Positions 18,077-27,044 of a DNA stretch of 64,000 bases are shown one piece after another. Source of the DNA: a virus; IMG/VR virus record IMGVR_UViG_3300032313_001281, positions 12,793 to 76,792 of that record; one strand, written 5' to 3'. The notes under the pieces are model-generated. The model made no database searches and had not been told where the DNA came from. It saw only the letters and a program-made list of their open reading frames with translations. The translations under genes were made by a program, and so were the position numbers. Numbering within the stretch: position 1 is the stretch's first letter; every line of letters starts with the position of its first letter.

Positions 18077-18077
18077 G

Positions 18078-18251
18078 TTAATTGTAACCTTTGATGTTTT
18101 TGCCGTCAATCTTAGGATTGCCTCGTACAATCGCGTTTTCAAGTCGACGGTTGCGATCACGTTCGGGCGGTAACGGCCCACAACCTAACCTTGCCCACTC
18201 ATCATCTGAGTAGTAGTAGCTTTCCACCGGTAGTTTCTTTTGCTGTCCCAT
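18078..18251 (-). CDS. small hypothetical protein
   Basis: MGQQKK start 5 nt after TATAAATA. Confidence 0.6.
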   Translation of the reverse strand: MGQQKKLPVESYYYSDDEWARLGCGPLPPERDRNRRLENAIVRGNPKIDGKNIKGYN

Positions 18252-18263
18252 AAAAATATTTAT

Positions 18264-18290
18264 AAAAAAACCCACCATTGGTGGGTTTTA
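18264..18290. terminator. intrinsic terminator after dctP
   Basis: aaaacccacc-att-ggtgggtttt. Confidence 0.8.
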
Positions 18291-18308
18291 TTTGATGCGT
18301 CTAATCGA

Positions 18309-19265
18309 TCAAGCCTTGCGGATACGTTGAATTAGATTGTCAGCAAATGTGCTTTCAAATTCAGCATACACTGACTGCATCTTGTCCTTCATTGATGCTG
18401 TTTCTTCTGCGGTAGGCTCATACACCGTCTTGCCTTCACTGATCAAACGATCACGTGCTTGGATACCATCAACAATTGTGGTTTGACGTTCGTTACGGCC
18501 GGCTTGGATAGCGGCTGTCTTGATCACTGCTTTGACTTCTGCACTGAGACTGTCCCAGAAACGATCACCAATTATCATTGTGGTCAAGAACAAGCTGTGC
18601 TTGCTGTCAACAACACTTTGGATTACATCGTTCTGGTTCAACGGATAGATGCGGCTATACACTGTGTCATTACCGTTGCAATCGCCACGGGCCACGTGTT
18701 CACGTGCTTCTTCAGTTTCGCAAATGAATGGCTCAACGCCACTCATGGTACGGATCACAGCACGGCCCACTGGGTTACGATTTGAACGTAGTTTTTCACC
18801 AGTCAAGTCGGCCAATGTGCTCACTGGCTTGTTCACGCCCAAGCAACGGAAGCCGCCCGAGTATGTGTAAGCAAGTCCGCGAACATTGCTGTTGTCTGTG
18901 AGTTTGGCTAACAAAGTTTCGCCAACTTCACCTTCAAGCACACGGCTAGCATGGTCATGATCGTTGAAAATGTAAGGCATTTCAAACGCCAAGAAATCGT
19001 GTTCATAATGTTCAGCCAACCAAGTGGTGTACATCTGACTCATTTCAATTTTGCCCTGTTCCATCAGGTCTAACAAATCGTGCTTAGTGACTACAATGCC
19101 ATCGTTATACCTGGCACTGTATTCACCCAACGTCATAACTTCAATTTCAATTTTCTCTGCAGATTGCTGTGCATTGATTTCTTTTTCAAAATCTTGTGCT
19201 GCACGTACAAACAAGCTGAGTGGCTCGTGGGCAATAACCCAACGAATTTTAGTAGTTTTGCTCAT
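18309..19265 (-). CDS. dctP: TRAP transporter substrate-binding protein (DctP family)
   Basis: F..E+...S..KIEIEV, G.IEM, FEMPYIF.D.DH, GFR, PV.TLADL.G.KLR; no obvious signal peptide. Confidence 0.82.
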   Translation of the reverse strand: MSKTTKIRWVIAHEPLSLFVRAAQDFEKEINAQQSAEKIEIEVMTLGEYSARYNDGIVVTKHDLLDLMEQGKIEMSQMYTTWLAEHYEHDFLAFEMPYIFNDHDHASRVLEGEVGETLLAKLTDNSNVRGLAYTYSGGFRCLGVNKPVSTLADLTGEKLRSNRNPVGRAVIRTMSGVEPFICETEEAREHVARGDCNGNDTVYSRIYPLNQNDVIQSVVDSKHSLFLTTMIIGDRFWDSLSAEVKAVIKTAAIQAGRNERQTTIVDGIQARDRLISEGKTVYEPTAEETASMKDKMQSVYAEFESTFADNLIQRIRKA

Positions 19266-19279
19266 TTAAAATGAACTCC

Positions 19280-19402
19280 TTAATTATTAGTTGCTTACGA
19301 CAGTGTCGCATACGGTCGGCGTCCCAGTGTATCACACTGGTAAAAGGGTATCACTACCCTAAGCGTCTTTATTTCCGACGTCAGAAGAACCCGGCGTTGC
19401 AA
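19280..19402 (-). ncRNA. candidate structured leader RNA upstream of dctP
   Basis: UUGC/GCAA and GUCGG/CCGAC outer stems enclosing GGGUA-GUGA-UACCC and CCAGUGU-GAU-ACACUGG hairpins. Confidence 0.5.
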
Positions 19403-19404
19403 TA

Positions 19405-20319
19405 TTATTTATCCAATGATACACCTTGTGTCAAACGTTTCCACTGTGCAACCTGTGAATTAAACCAAGCATCAATTTGATTGTCAGGCATCTGGTTATT
19501 TGGAACACAGTTATCAGCATCATTGGCATTGCGTACACTTTGAGCACGACTGGCTTCCACCAGGATCTTGCGTATTTCACGGAACTTTTCATCTGACAAT
19601 TTACGTGATGCAAAAATCTGCTGTGGAGTACTCATGTCACCGAGGTCTTTATTAAATCCCTGCTTTGACAACAATTCTGTGCCTTTGATACTGGCTTGTC
19701 CGGTTTGCCCAAGCCAATAAACTTTTTTAGCAGATCCAGGAACAGTGTACTGTTCGCTGTCACCGTGGAATCCCACTGAAAAATCTACTGAACCATTGAG
19801 AACCCCTAACAAAGCTTCGCTGGTGCTTTTAAACGGCACAATGGTTAAATTTGGATAATTTTTGGCAATCTGAATACTGACCAAATGTGTGGTAGTGCCC
19901 ATGCCGCTCATGCCAATGGATAGTTTAGCATCACGTGGCACGTCTTGCCAGCTTTTGTATCGGGCGCTGCTGATCACAAAAGGACTCACACACATAGGCA
20001 GAATACTGCGAAAATCTGCCATGCTGTGACTGTCAGCTGGCAACAAATTTGGACGAATAAATCCAGCAGAACTGTTAATCCACAAGGTATTTGAAGGGTT
20101 GTTTGTGGTGTAATTTGCTGCCACGGTACCACCAGCTCCGGGTTTGGTATCAAACAAAAATGTGTATTGCGTCTGTAGTTTGTTGGCTTCTTCGGTTAAT
20201 GCACGATAGAAATTTGCTGCCTTGTCGGCAGCTGTCCAACTATAAGCCAGGGTAATAGTTTCTTTTGCTGACACTGTCAACGACAGGGTGGCTAGCAATA
20301 ATGTTAATAATTTCTTCAT
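19405..20319 (-). CDS. Bug/TctC family periplasmic solute-binding protein
   Basis: Signal peptide, KPGAGG, G.GTTTHL, VPFKS. Confidence 0.85.
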   Translation of the reverse strand: MKKLLTLLLATLSLTVSAKETITLAYSWTAADKAANFYRALTEEANKLQTQYTFLFDTKPGAGGTVAANYTTNNPSNTLWINSSAGFIRPNLLPADSHSMADFRSILPMCVSPFVISSARYKSWQDVPRDAKLSIGMSGMGTTTHLVSIQIAKNYPNLTIVPFKSTSEALLGVLNGSVDFSVGFHGDSEQYTVPGSAKKVYWLGQTGQASIKGTELLSKQGFNKDLGDMSTPQQIFASRKLSDEKFREIRKILVEASRAQSVRNANDADNCVPNNQMPDNQIDAWFNSQVAQWKRLTQGVSLDK

Positions 20320-20328
20320 AATTTTCCT

Positions 20329-21513
20329 TTAAAATTTAAAATGTACATTGGTTCCAGGATCCTCAAAAGATGCTTCGCCAAGATAATAAAACGGACTAAT
20401 GAACCCTACAAATCCAACAGGACGGCCCATTTCATTGTTAAAATATTTTGGATCAATTGAATCGACTAGATACTTTAGGCCACTTTGCCAGGCGCGATAT
20501 GCATGAGTTTCTTGAAAGTTGGTGTAAAACCAATGATCCATTTCGTTGTAAAAACTATTGGTGGGTTTTGATGTTTGAAATGTGGTTGGGTCAAATTCGG
20601 GATAGATCAAGGGTTTGATAATGTGTTCATAAGTGGTGCGTTGTGTAAAACTATAGTTGGGCCAACGAACCAGGTGCTGAAGATATTTGTTGCTGTCTAG
20701 ATTGAACCAATTTTTTATCATGTGTGCCTGTTTGGCCAGCAGTTCCGGCAAGTCTGGACTCCAGAAAAAATATTCATTGGTAACATTGGTATATCCGGCT
20801 GTATCAGGATTGGCCGCATTGGCCTGAACATCCATAAAATACAAATACCACTTTTTATCTTTAATGCAAATCTTGGGTTTATCTATGCCCCACAGCACAC
20901 AAACTCGCTGGCCTTGATCCAATTTTCTTTTATGGTCATCCACTGCGTCCACTGTGTGTTTAAAAGGATGCCCGGGTTGAAAGTAATCTCTGGTTTTAAA
21001 AACCCAACTTTCGTCATGTCGACTTCGAAGCATGTCTTCACTGTAATCGTGTATGGTAATTCGTGTTTGTGGACTGTGCGTAGCAATCCAGTCCAACACA
21101 GGCATGGCCGCATAACGAGCTTCACTTAAGGTGTTTTCTGGTTTGGTATTGAAGGGGTCGTCAGTGACATTTTTCTCTCCAGTTTTGGGATAGCGAAACA
21201 CCACTTCATCTAGATGTATGCCGTTGTTGATAAAACTGTAGGCCGCAGTCACTGAATCACCACCGCCTGAAAATTCTAGTCGCACATAGTCATATTTTTC
21301 TCTGATCTGTTGAGCACGTATTCGATAAAGTTCGAGCAGATTAATTTCGGGTTCCTCTAACCAATTCACACTGTCAAACGTTGATCGATTGAAATTCCAT
21401 TCTGGAAATTGGTTGCGTTGGGTACCTTGAATCAACGCCTGAACTTTGTTGTGGAACTTGTCTGGCCCTAATTGATAAAATCCCAGCTTGTCGTTTTTTT
21501 CAATGTTTAACAT
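20329..21513 (-). CDS. PP-loop protein, paralogue 2
   Basis: LEFSGGGDS; RAQQIREKYDY, GIDKP, EYFFWSP shared with 6889-8046. Confidence 0.75.
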   Translation of the reverse strand: MLNIEKNDKLGFYQLGPDKFHNKVQALIQGTQRNQFPEWNFNRSTFDSVNWLEEPEINLLELYRIRAQQIREKYDYVRLEFSGGGDSVTAAYSFINNGIHLDEVVFRYPKTGEKNVTDDPFNTKPENTLSEARYAAMPVLDWIATHSPQTRITIHDYSEDMLRSRHDESWVFKTRDYFQPGHPFKHTVDAVDDHKRKLDQGQRVCVLWGIDKPKICIKDKKWYLYFMDVQANAANPDTAGYTNVTNEYFFWSPDLPELLAKQAHMIKNWFNLDSNKYLQHLVRWPNYSFTQRTTYEHIIKPLIYPEFDPTTFQTSKPTNSFYNEMDHWFYTNFQETHAYRAWQSGLKYLVDSIDPKYFNNEMGRPVGFVGFISPFYYLGEASFEDPGTNVHFKF

Positions 21514-21524
21514 ATATTAGTAGT

Positions 21525-21599
21525 TGGTGGGCCTTCTAAGAATTGAACTTAGACTCCAACGATTATGAGTCGTTTGCTTTACCATTAAGCTAAAGGCCC
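21525..21599 (-). tRNA. tRNA-CAU, probably Ile2 (lysidine) or elongator Met
   Basis: GGGCCUU acceptor stem fully paired, loop CUCAUAA, ACCA. Confidence 0.85.
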
Positions 21600-21616
21600 T
21601 GATTTACAGTATAGCA

Positions 21617-21988
21617 TCAGGGCCGGTAATTGTCAAGGAATTGTTTGAGATTTCCATACAGGTTTACCATTACAGCTTCTCGGCTGCCAAAGAACACAAT
21701 TTTTTTGGGTATGCCTTTGGTGGCTGAGATATAGTAAGGCATCTGCATTTTTCTATCTAGATCTAAAATGGTCTGTTGATTGAACAGCATGGGATCTGCT
21801 ATTGCATATTCATAGTGCTCGAGATCAAGATCCTTGACAAAGGTCCGATGTCCCGGACCTGTCAGGCGCATGCCTCCATTTTTTCTAAGATTGAACCACC
21901 AGGTCTTCATGGCTGTGTCAACACTGACAGCTAGATGTTCGGGTAACTGCGATACCAGTTCGGTGGTTAGACGTCGTTTGTCTCGCAC
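21617..21988 (-). CDS. hypothetical protein
   Basis: 123 aa ORF, WW.N....GGMRLT. Confidence 0.65.
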   Translation of the reverse strand: MRDKRRLTTELVSQLPEHLAVSVDTAMKTWWFNLRKNGGMRLTGPGHRTFVKDLDLEHYEYAIADPMLFNQQTILDLDRKMQMPYYISATKGIPKKIVFFGSREAVMVNLYGNLKQFLDNYRP

Positions 21989-23076
21989 AATTTATGTTGA
22001 GTTGTCAGCGATAAAAGATCGATTCGATCGTACGATTTTTCATAAAACATATTTTTATTATGTAGTAATATACTCATATTATTATCCCAGTGCTTTTTCC
22101 ATGTATCAACGTCTAAATCTAGCAATCTTTTAACTTCTTCCTGGTAACTTTGATACCGCTGTTCATCGTCGACTACTGCATCGTACGAATAGTCTATAAA
22201 ATTGGGGAATTTAAACCCTAGCAAGGTTAAGTGGCTTATAAACCCGCTAGCACTAAACGGCAGTATAAAATGCCCTTTAAATAGCGGATCGTAAGTTTTT
22301 TCTGTCACAGCAATAGTTGTTCCGTACTCGATAGTTTCGCCGTATATGCTAATAAATGTATTTTTATAATACTCGTTGTGCGGCGGCGAATACCCAAAAT
22401 AGGATTGCGACGGACAAACTTGTTTTTCAAGATCTTGGATATTATTAATAAAAGGAAAGTCGCCGTGCGAATATAAAAATTTTGATGGATTATCGTCGCT
22501 ATTTCCAATATAACCTAAATTTTGATATTGGACACTGTCTAATAACTCAACCAACCGTGGCCTAAATTTTATAATCCTGGATCCATAACTTCTATACGTT
22601 TTATTTGGCGCTACAAAAATTTTAGATTTATTATTGGAGTCGGGTAAATTAACATCAACGTAGTTATTTTTATTATAATAATACCATTTTACGGTATTGT
22701 CTCTAAACGGATAGTTGTTGTAGTATGCTTTGGTGCGATTGAATAAAAAATCATTGTGTATAATTTTGTTAGATGCTTCTGTAGTACTGATTGTGTTTGA
22801 TATTATAAAAAAATTATCTGGTAAGTCTTTTAAAGTATCAATACACCTTGAAATTTGATCTTCAAAATTATGAAAAATATCTAACATTATGTAAAGTTTA
22901 GCTTTTACATTATTGATTACTACGCCCCCAAAAAAATCGTTAAATTCACAAACTGCGATATCAATAGTTGGGTGAGAAATATCATTAGTAACAGTATAAT
23001 CATTGGGATTATTTAAATCAAAAAACATTTTTAAATCACGGGTAGAAGAACTAGGAATGTATATAGTCAACGGCAT
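21967..23076 (-). CDS. AT-rich hypothetical protein, possibly glycosyltransferase (GT10-like C-terminus)
   Basis: ISIYGET...TEKTYDPL...F.LP, IDYSYD. Confidence 0.55.
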   Translation of the reverse strand: MPLTIYIPSSSTRDLKMFFDLNNPNDYTVTNDISHPTIDIAVCEFNDFFGGVVINNVKAKLYIMLDIFHNFEDQISRCIDTLKDLPDNFFIISNTISTTEASNKIIHNDFLFNRTKAYYNNYPFRDNTVKWYYYNKNNYVDVNLPDSNNKSKIFVAPNKTYRSYGSRIIKFRPRLVELLDSVQYQNLGYIGNSDDNPSKFLYSHGDFPFINNIQDLEKQVCPSQSYFGYSPPHNEYYKNTFISIYGETIEYGTTIAVTEKTYDPLFKGHFILPFSASGFISHLTLLGFKFPNFIDYSYDAVVDDEQRYQSYQEEVKRLLDLDVDTWKKHWDNNMSILLHNKNMFYEKSYDRIDLLSLTTQHKLCETNDV

Positions 23077-23744
23077 ACACTATTAATCTTTATAGTTGTC
23101 AATAGTCTTTGAACCAAATCGGCATGAGCCTTTGCACCAGGATGGCTGGCGTCTGGGAACAGGGGACTTGTCTTTTTAAGCTTCTGTAAGTAAAGTTCAT
23201 GGTCCATGTATTTAAATTCTAGCTCTGGATCATCCATGCTTAGATTTGCAGTTGGGACCTGTAAAATCAAAGAGCTCCAGCTGGGTATGACAAAATCTGG
23301 AACAAAGTATTCTTTGTGGCAAGGGTGTAGATCTCCATTGCCACCTATCAAGGCAACCTTGCATTGCAGTGAGTCAAAGAATTTTTGAAACTGTTGGTAG
23401 GTAAATCTTGCTACGGTTTGAATCCTATTGATTGAATTTGTGGGCACATTATCAAAATCTCTCAAGAAATCAGTTTGAAACCAGACCACCCAGTCGATAT
23501 TTTTGATGTCGGTGGTCATTTGCATTGTCACACCATGCAACCCAGGGTGCAAAATTTCTTCCCCAGCCAAATATTCTTGTGCCCTTTGCAAAGAATAAAG
23601 ATTACTGCCACCATTTTTGGCACAGTTTATGACCTTGTGGTCAAACGATTCAAGGAGATATTCTGTATGAGTTTTGGGAGGATCTCCCGGGGCACCATGG
23701 TAGTTGGGAACGCCCCAACTACACCCCATCAACAAAAAGTTCAT
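23067..23744 (-). CDS. SGNH/GDSL-like protein
   Basis: MGCSWG...NCAKNGGSN...DASHP. Confidence 0.65.
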   Translation of the reverse strand: MNFLLMGCSWGVPNYHGAPGDPPKTHTEYLLESFDHKVINCAKNGGSNLYSLQRAQEYLAGEEILHPGLHGVTMQMTTDIKNIDWVVWFQTDFLRDFDNVPTNSINRIQTVARFTYQQFQKFFDSLQCKVALIGGNGDLHPCHKEYFVPDFVIPSWSSLILQVPTANLSMDDPELEFKYMDHELYLQKLKKTSPLFPDASHPGAKAHADLVQRLLTTIKINSVCR

Positions 23745-24028
23745 GGATATATCTGGTCGCCGGCACGAAGCAACACCACGGTGAACTGATCTGTACGGAA
23801 CTGTGTATTCAGCTTGCGAGCCAGATTTCTGGCATGGCCGGGATTTGAGAATGAAACTTTTTTGTACTTGGGTCCTGGGTACTGCACCAGCATGTTGGAT
23901 GTTTTGAGATTGATAGGTTGGTTGTCATAAAACACGGCCCACACTCCTTCCGACGCCAGGACTTGTTCGGTCTTGTAGGTGGATTTGTTGGTGTGTTCGA
24001 TCAACACACGAGGTTTGGGTCTGCTCAT
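23741..24028 (-). CDS. conserved-looking phage hypothetical protein
   Basis: MSRPKP...GPKYKKVSFSNPGHA; AGGAG SD. Confidence 0.7.
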   Translation of the reverse strand: MSRPKPRVLIEHTNKSTYKTEQVLASEGVWAVFYDNQPINLKTSNMLVQYPGPKYKKVSFSNPGHARNLARKLNTQFRTDQFTVVLLRAGDQIYP

Positions 24029-24073
24029 AGCATAATACTCCTACATTTATTTATGCCAAAATGTAGGTATATT

Positions 24074-24283
24074 TTAGAACTGTCCGCCCTGTATTTCCAC
24101 TTGAATTATGTCTGCAGTGGCAGTTTTAATCTGTTTTTCTTGCAGAGCCTGCAAGGTCAACAACAAACGAGTAATGTCAGCGTGCAAATCTCGTGCTTCG
24201 TTCATGGTCATTACAAGATCTCGGGCACCGCGGGCTTCTTGGCCCCGTACACGGTCAACGAATTTCTGTAGATGTATGGTCAT
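24074..24283 (-). CDS. hypothetical protein
   Basis: Likely start MTIHLQKF. Confidence 0.6.
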   Translation of the reverse strand: MTIHLQKFVDRVRGQEARGARDLVMTMNEARDLHADITRLLLTLQALQEKQIKTATADIIQVEIQGGQF

Positions 24284-24719
24284 TGGCCTGAGCCTCCGAG
24301 TAGAATGGTCCAGCATGTTCATAGCGTTGTAAAACAATGAGTTTTGGTGCCAGCATGGTGTGCCAGACACGACTTCGTCGCACACAATACCAACCAGCGG
24401 CGAACCAACTTTTGCTTTTGGCTGTCTTGGTGTATACTGGCAACTGTTGAGACACGTCCCACATGGGATTGTGAATTCGACCGCTGACTGGATATCCATG
24501 CACCTGGTCCATGGCCGACTTGGGTTTGGATAATTTCACCGCAGGTTCAAATTCAATGTTGGCACGCTGGGCCGCCATCTTTATGGTCTTGAATTGTGCC
24601 ACTTGATTGTTGAGCCGGACTTGATAACCGCCGGCACAGGCCTCCACATTACCTACCTTGCGATTGTTTTCTTGCAAGATCCAAAACTGTTTGTCTATTA
24701 CGGGTTTAGCTACTAGCAT
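24255..24719 (-). CDS. hypothetical protein
   Basis: 154 aa, KSKSWFAAGWY. Confidence 0.7.
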   Translation of the reverse strand: MLVAKPVIDKQFWILQENNRKVGNVEACAGGYQVRLNNQVAQFKTIKMAAQRANIEFEPAVKLSKPKSAMDQVHGYPVSGRIHNPMWDVSQQLPVYTKTAKSKSWFAAGWYCVRRSRVWHTMLAPKLIVLQRYEHAGPFYSEAQANDHTSTEIR

Positions 24720-25713
24720 TCAATATTCCTTTGTATGTTTCATTCATCCATCGACCAAAACTTTCAGCCGACTCCGAACATTTGTTCAGTTCATACTTGC
24801 CACAGAACTGCATGAATCGCACACCCACTTGACCCACATCCTTGTGCGAAATCTGTTCACGTATGGCCGCATCCACTGTGGCCTTGATGTCTTCTGGCTG
24901 TGCTGTGAGATCGATCAAGGTTCTGTTGCGTTCATAATCGTCCAACACACGATGTTCTGCACCGTCGGGATCTGACCAGCGTTGCAACATCATGTTGTTC
25001 CAGTTGTAACCTTTTTTGTCCTTGTCCGCAAACGCTTCCTGAAGCCCAACCTTGTTCTTAGTGCCTTTGGTCCTGACACCCGGGAAGGCGCTAAACACAT
25101 TGTCGCTACTATCTCCCCGCATGCATTTTTCAAACAGAAGCCACGCTGGATCAGGGATTGTTTTAGGTTCTTTAGTTTTCTTATCGATAACCGCTTTGCC
25201 TTTGGCATCGAAGATTCCTTCCGTGGTGTGCAATTCGTCGGTAATGCCGTTGTATTGTTTGACGTTGGGTGCAAGTAATTGCACAAAATCTGTGTCGCTT
25301 GAAATTACTACATGTTCATCTTGGGGGTGTAATGCTATCCAGCGAGCTATGATATCGTCGCCTTCTGCGGTTGGGCACCGTATTACGCTACAGTTGGTCC
25401 TCTCACTCAAGTATTTAGTCAAAGCGTCATAGGTTTCCCAGAACATCTTGTCTTCTTCAGCTTCGGCTTCAGTGAGTGCTTGCCGGGCCACAGCACGATT
25501 GGCCTTGTAGGGTTTATAATGATCCTTACGCCACGACCTGCCCTCCAAAGCAAATACCATGTGATCGGCTTCAAAACGCCGGGCCATTTTGTTGGCAGCC
25601 ATCAAGGTCACATGCAGGGCAAAACCTACTTTTTCCCAGGTATCACTGGCTCTAAAAGCACCGTGTCGGGCACGGAAGAACATGTTTGCTGTGTCAATCA
25701 GCACATACCGCAT
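24706..25713 (-). CDS. rnh: T4 RNase H-like 5'-3' exonuclease/flap endonuclease
   Basis: LIDTAN, YKANR, EGDD, SSDTDF, GDSSDN motifs. Confidence 0.9.
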   Translation of the reverse strand: MRYVLIDTANMFFRARHGAFRASDTWEKVGFALHVTLMAANKMARRFEADHMVFALEGRSWRKDHYKPYKANRAVARQALTEAEAEEDKMFWETYDALTKYLSERTNCSVIRCPTAEGDDIIARWIALHPQDEHVVISSDTDFVQLLAPNVKQYNGITDELHTTEGIFDAKGKAVIDKKTKEPKTIPDPAWLLFEKCMRGDSSDNVFSAFPGVRTKGTKNKVGLQEAFADKDKKGYNWNNMMLQRWSDPDGAEHRVLDDYERNRTLIDLTAQPEDIKATVDAAIREQISHKDVGQVGVRFMQFCGKYELNKCSESAESFGRWMNETYKGILNASS

Positions 25714-25722
25714 AGCACCACC

Positions 25723-26424
25723 TTAGATGAATTTGTTTGCAATAATATATTGTAACATAAAACGGTGAAAATAGCTATGCCCGTCCTTGCCAAAATGCCA
25801 TGAATTGGGCGCAACTGTTTCTATACCATGTGTTCTAATGATGGAATCATAGGTTTGTTTGGGATCATACGGACCAATATAATTGGGTCCCCAATCATGA
25901 TGATCGATTAGCTGTGAAAAATCATTATTGCCATTGAAAAAAATATGCTTGATATTTTGTTGTTCTAGCTCAAGATGAAGTTCCCAAATTTCATTGTGAG
26001 CCTCTTGGGTTTTTTGTTTCCAGTTGGTACCAACAATATAATTGCGATATCTTTCTGCGGCTTCTGCAGGCACACTGTCGGTGCCGCTGGCGCCCACTTG
26101 ATAATACACGCCATCGTACAGCCATTCTTCTCTCTCCCAGGTGCTCCACTGAATTATTACCAACCTGTCGTCATATGCCACTTGTTGACGCAACCATTCT
26201 CTTGTGGTGCGCAAGATCCTAGTGTTGGAGCTGGCACTTTCGGCTGCACAATGAAATCCTGCTTTGATCGATTTACTGAGAAGATGCCCCCAACTTACAG
26301 CCAAGTTGGCTGGATGAGGTGTCCTGCCTAGACAGACCAGCGCCGGATCATCTTCGGCAAAGGCGTAAGGGTTAACAGCTTCTGCACCAGCCGTGTGACT
26401 ATCACCGTTGACATACAGGATCAT
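25723..26424 (-). CDS. SGNH/GDSL-like protein
   Basis: VNGDSHT...SASSN.RI.R...WHFG.DGH. Confidence 0.65.
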   Translation of the reverse strand: MILYVNGDSHTAGAEAVNPYAFAEDDPALVCLGRTPHPANLAVSWGHLLSKSIKAGFHCAAESASSNTRILRTTREWLRQQVAYDDRLVIIQWSTWEREEWLYDGVYYQVGASGTDSVPAEAAERYRNYIVGTNWKQKTQEAHNEIWELHLELEQQNIKHIFFNGNNDFSQLIDHHDWGPNYIGPYDPKQTYDSIIRTHGIETVAPNSWHFGKDGHSYFHRFMLQYIIANKFI

Positions 26425-26807
26425 GACACTTCACTTCGTCCATCTCCGATGTCTCGACTTTTGACCACACGGTTGGGATTCATGGCCTGTTCCTGCTCCC
26501 AAGTTTCCAGCACAACGTTGCGGCACACAGCCTGGAACCAACGGTCCACAATGTCGTTGTCGGTGTCGTTGGGTTTCATTTGATATCCAGCCCGTACTAG
26601 ATTGGCCACAAACTTTTCATTCCAGTCCAGTTCAAAACTGCCTTGGTGCAGGTTGTTGGGATCTACTTCCATGCTGAGCATGGCCACATAGGGTTCTCCA
26701 CGTTCGGTAGCCAAATCTTTTTCTGATTTCTCTTTGGGCTTGGGTGCTTCTTTGACTTTGGGTTTCTTTTTACCAAAAGTATTTTTTAAATTGTCAAAAA
26801 ATTTCAT
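26421..26807 (-). CDS. hypothetical protein
   Basis: 128 aa, FELDWN..FV..L...GY. Confidence 0.7.
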   Translation of the reverse strand: MKFFDNLKNTFGKKKPKVKEAPKPKEKSEKDLATERGEPYVAMLSMEVDPNNLHQGSFELDWNEKFVANLVRAGYQMKPNDTDNDIVDRWFQAVCRNVVLETWEQEQAMNPNRVVKSRDIGDGRSEVS

Positions 26808-26810
26808 TTG

Positions 26811-27044
26811 TTATTCCTTTAGTTGCCATACAAGATGTTCCTGGCGATCGTGCCAGTGTTCTTCTACCAAGGGTGTGCCCGGTCCGTGCCATACTGCACG
26901 TCCACGGTAAGCCCAGGTTCCAGGCCATAATCTGCGACCTGTGATCTCACAGCATTGGGGCCATATTACTCGGCACAACTGCCAATCAGCTCGTATGTAA
27001 AAATGTCCATTGGGACGGGCTATGCGTTCTGGAATGGGACTCAT
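26811..27044 (-). CDS. hypothetical protein
   Basis: WP..C..TG..LW motif; ATGA overlap with upstream gene. Confidence 0.55.
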   Translation of the reverse strand: MSPIPERIARPNGHFYIRADWQLCRVIWPQCCEITGRRLWPGTWAYRGRAVWHGPGTPLVEEHWHDRQEHLVWQLKE

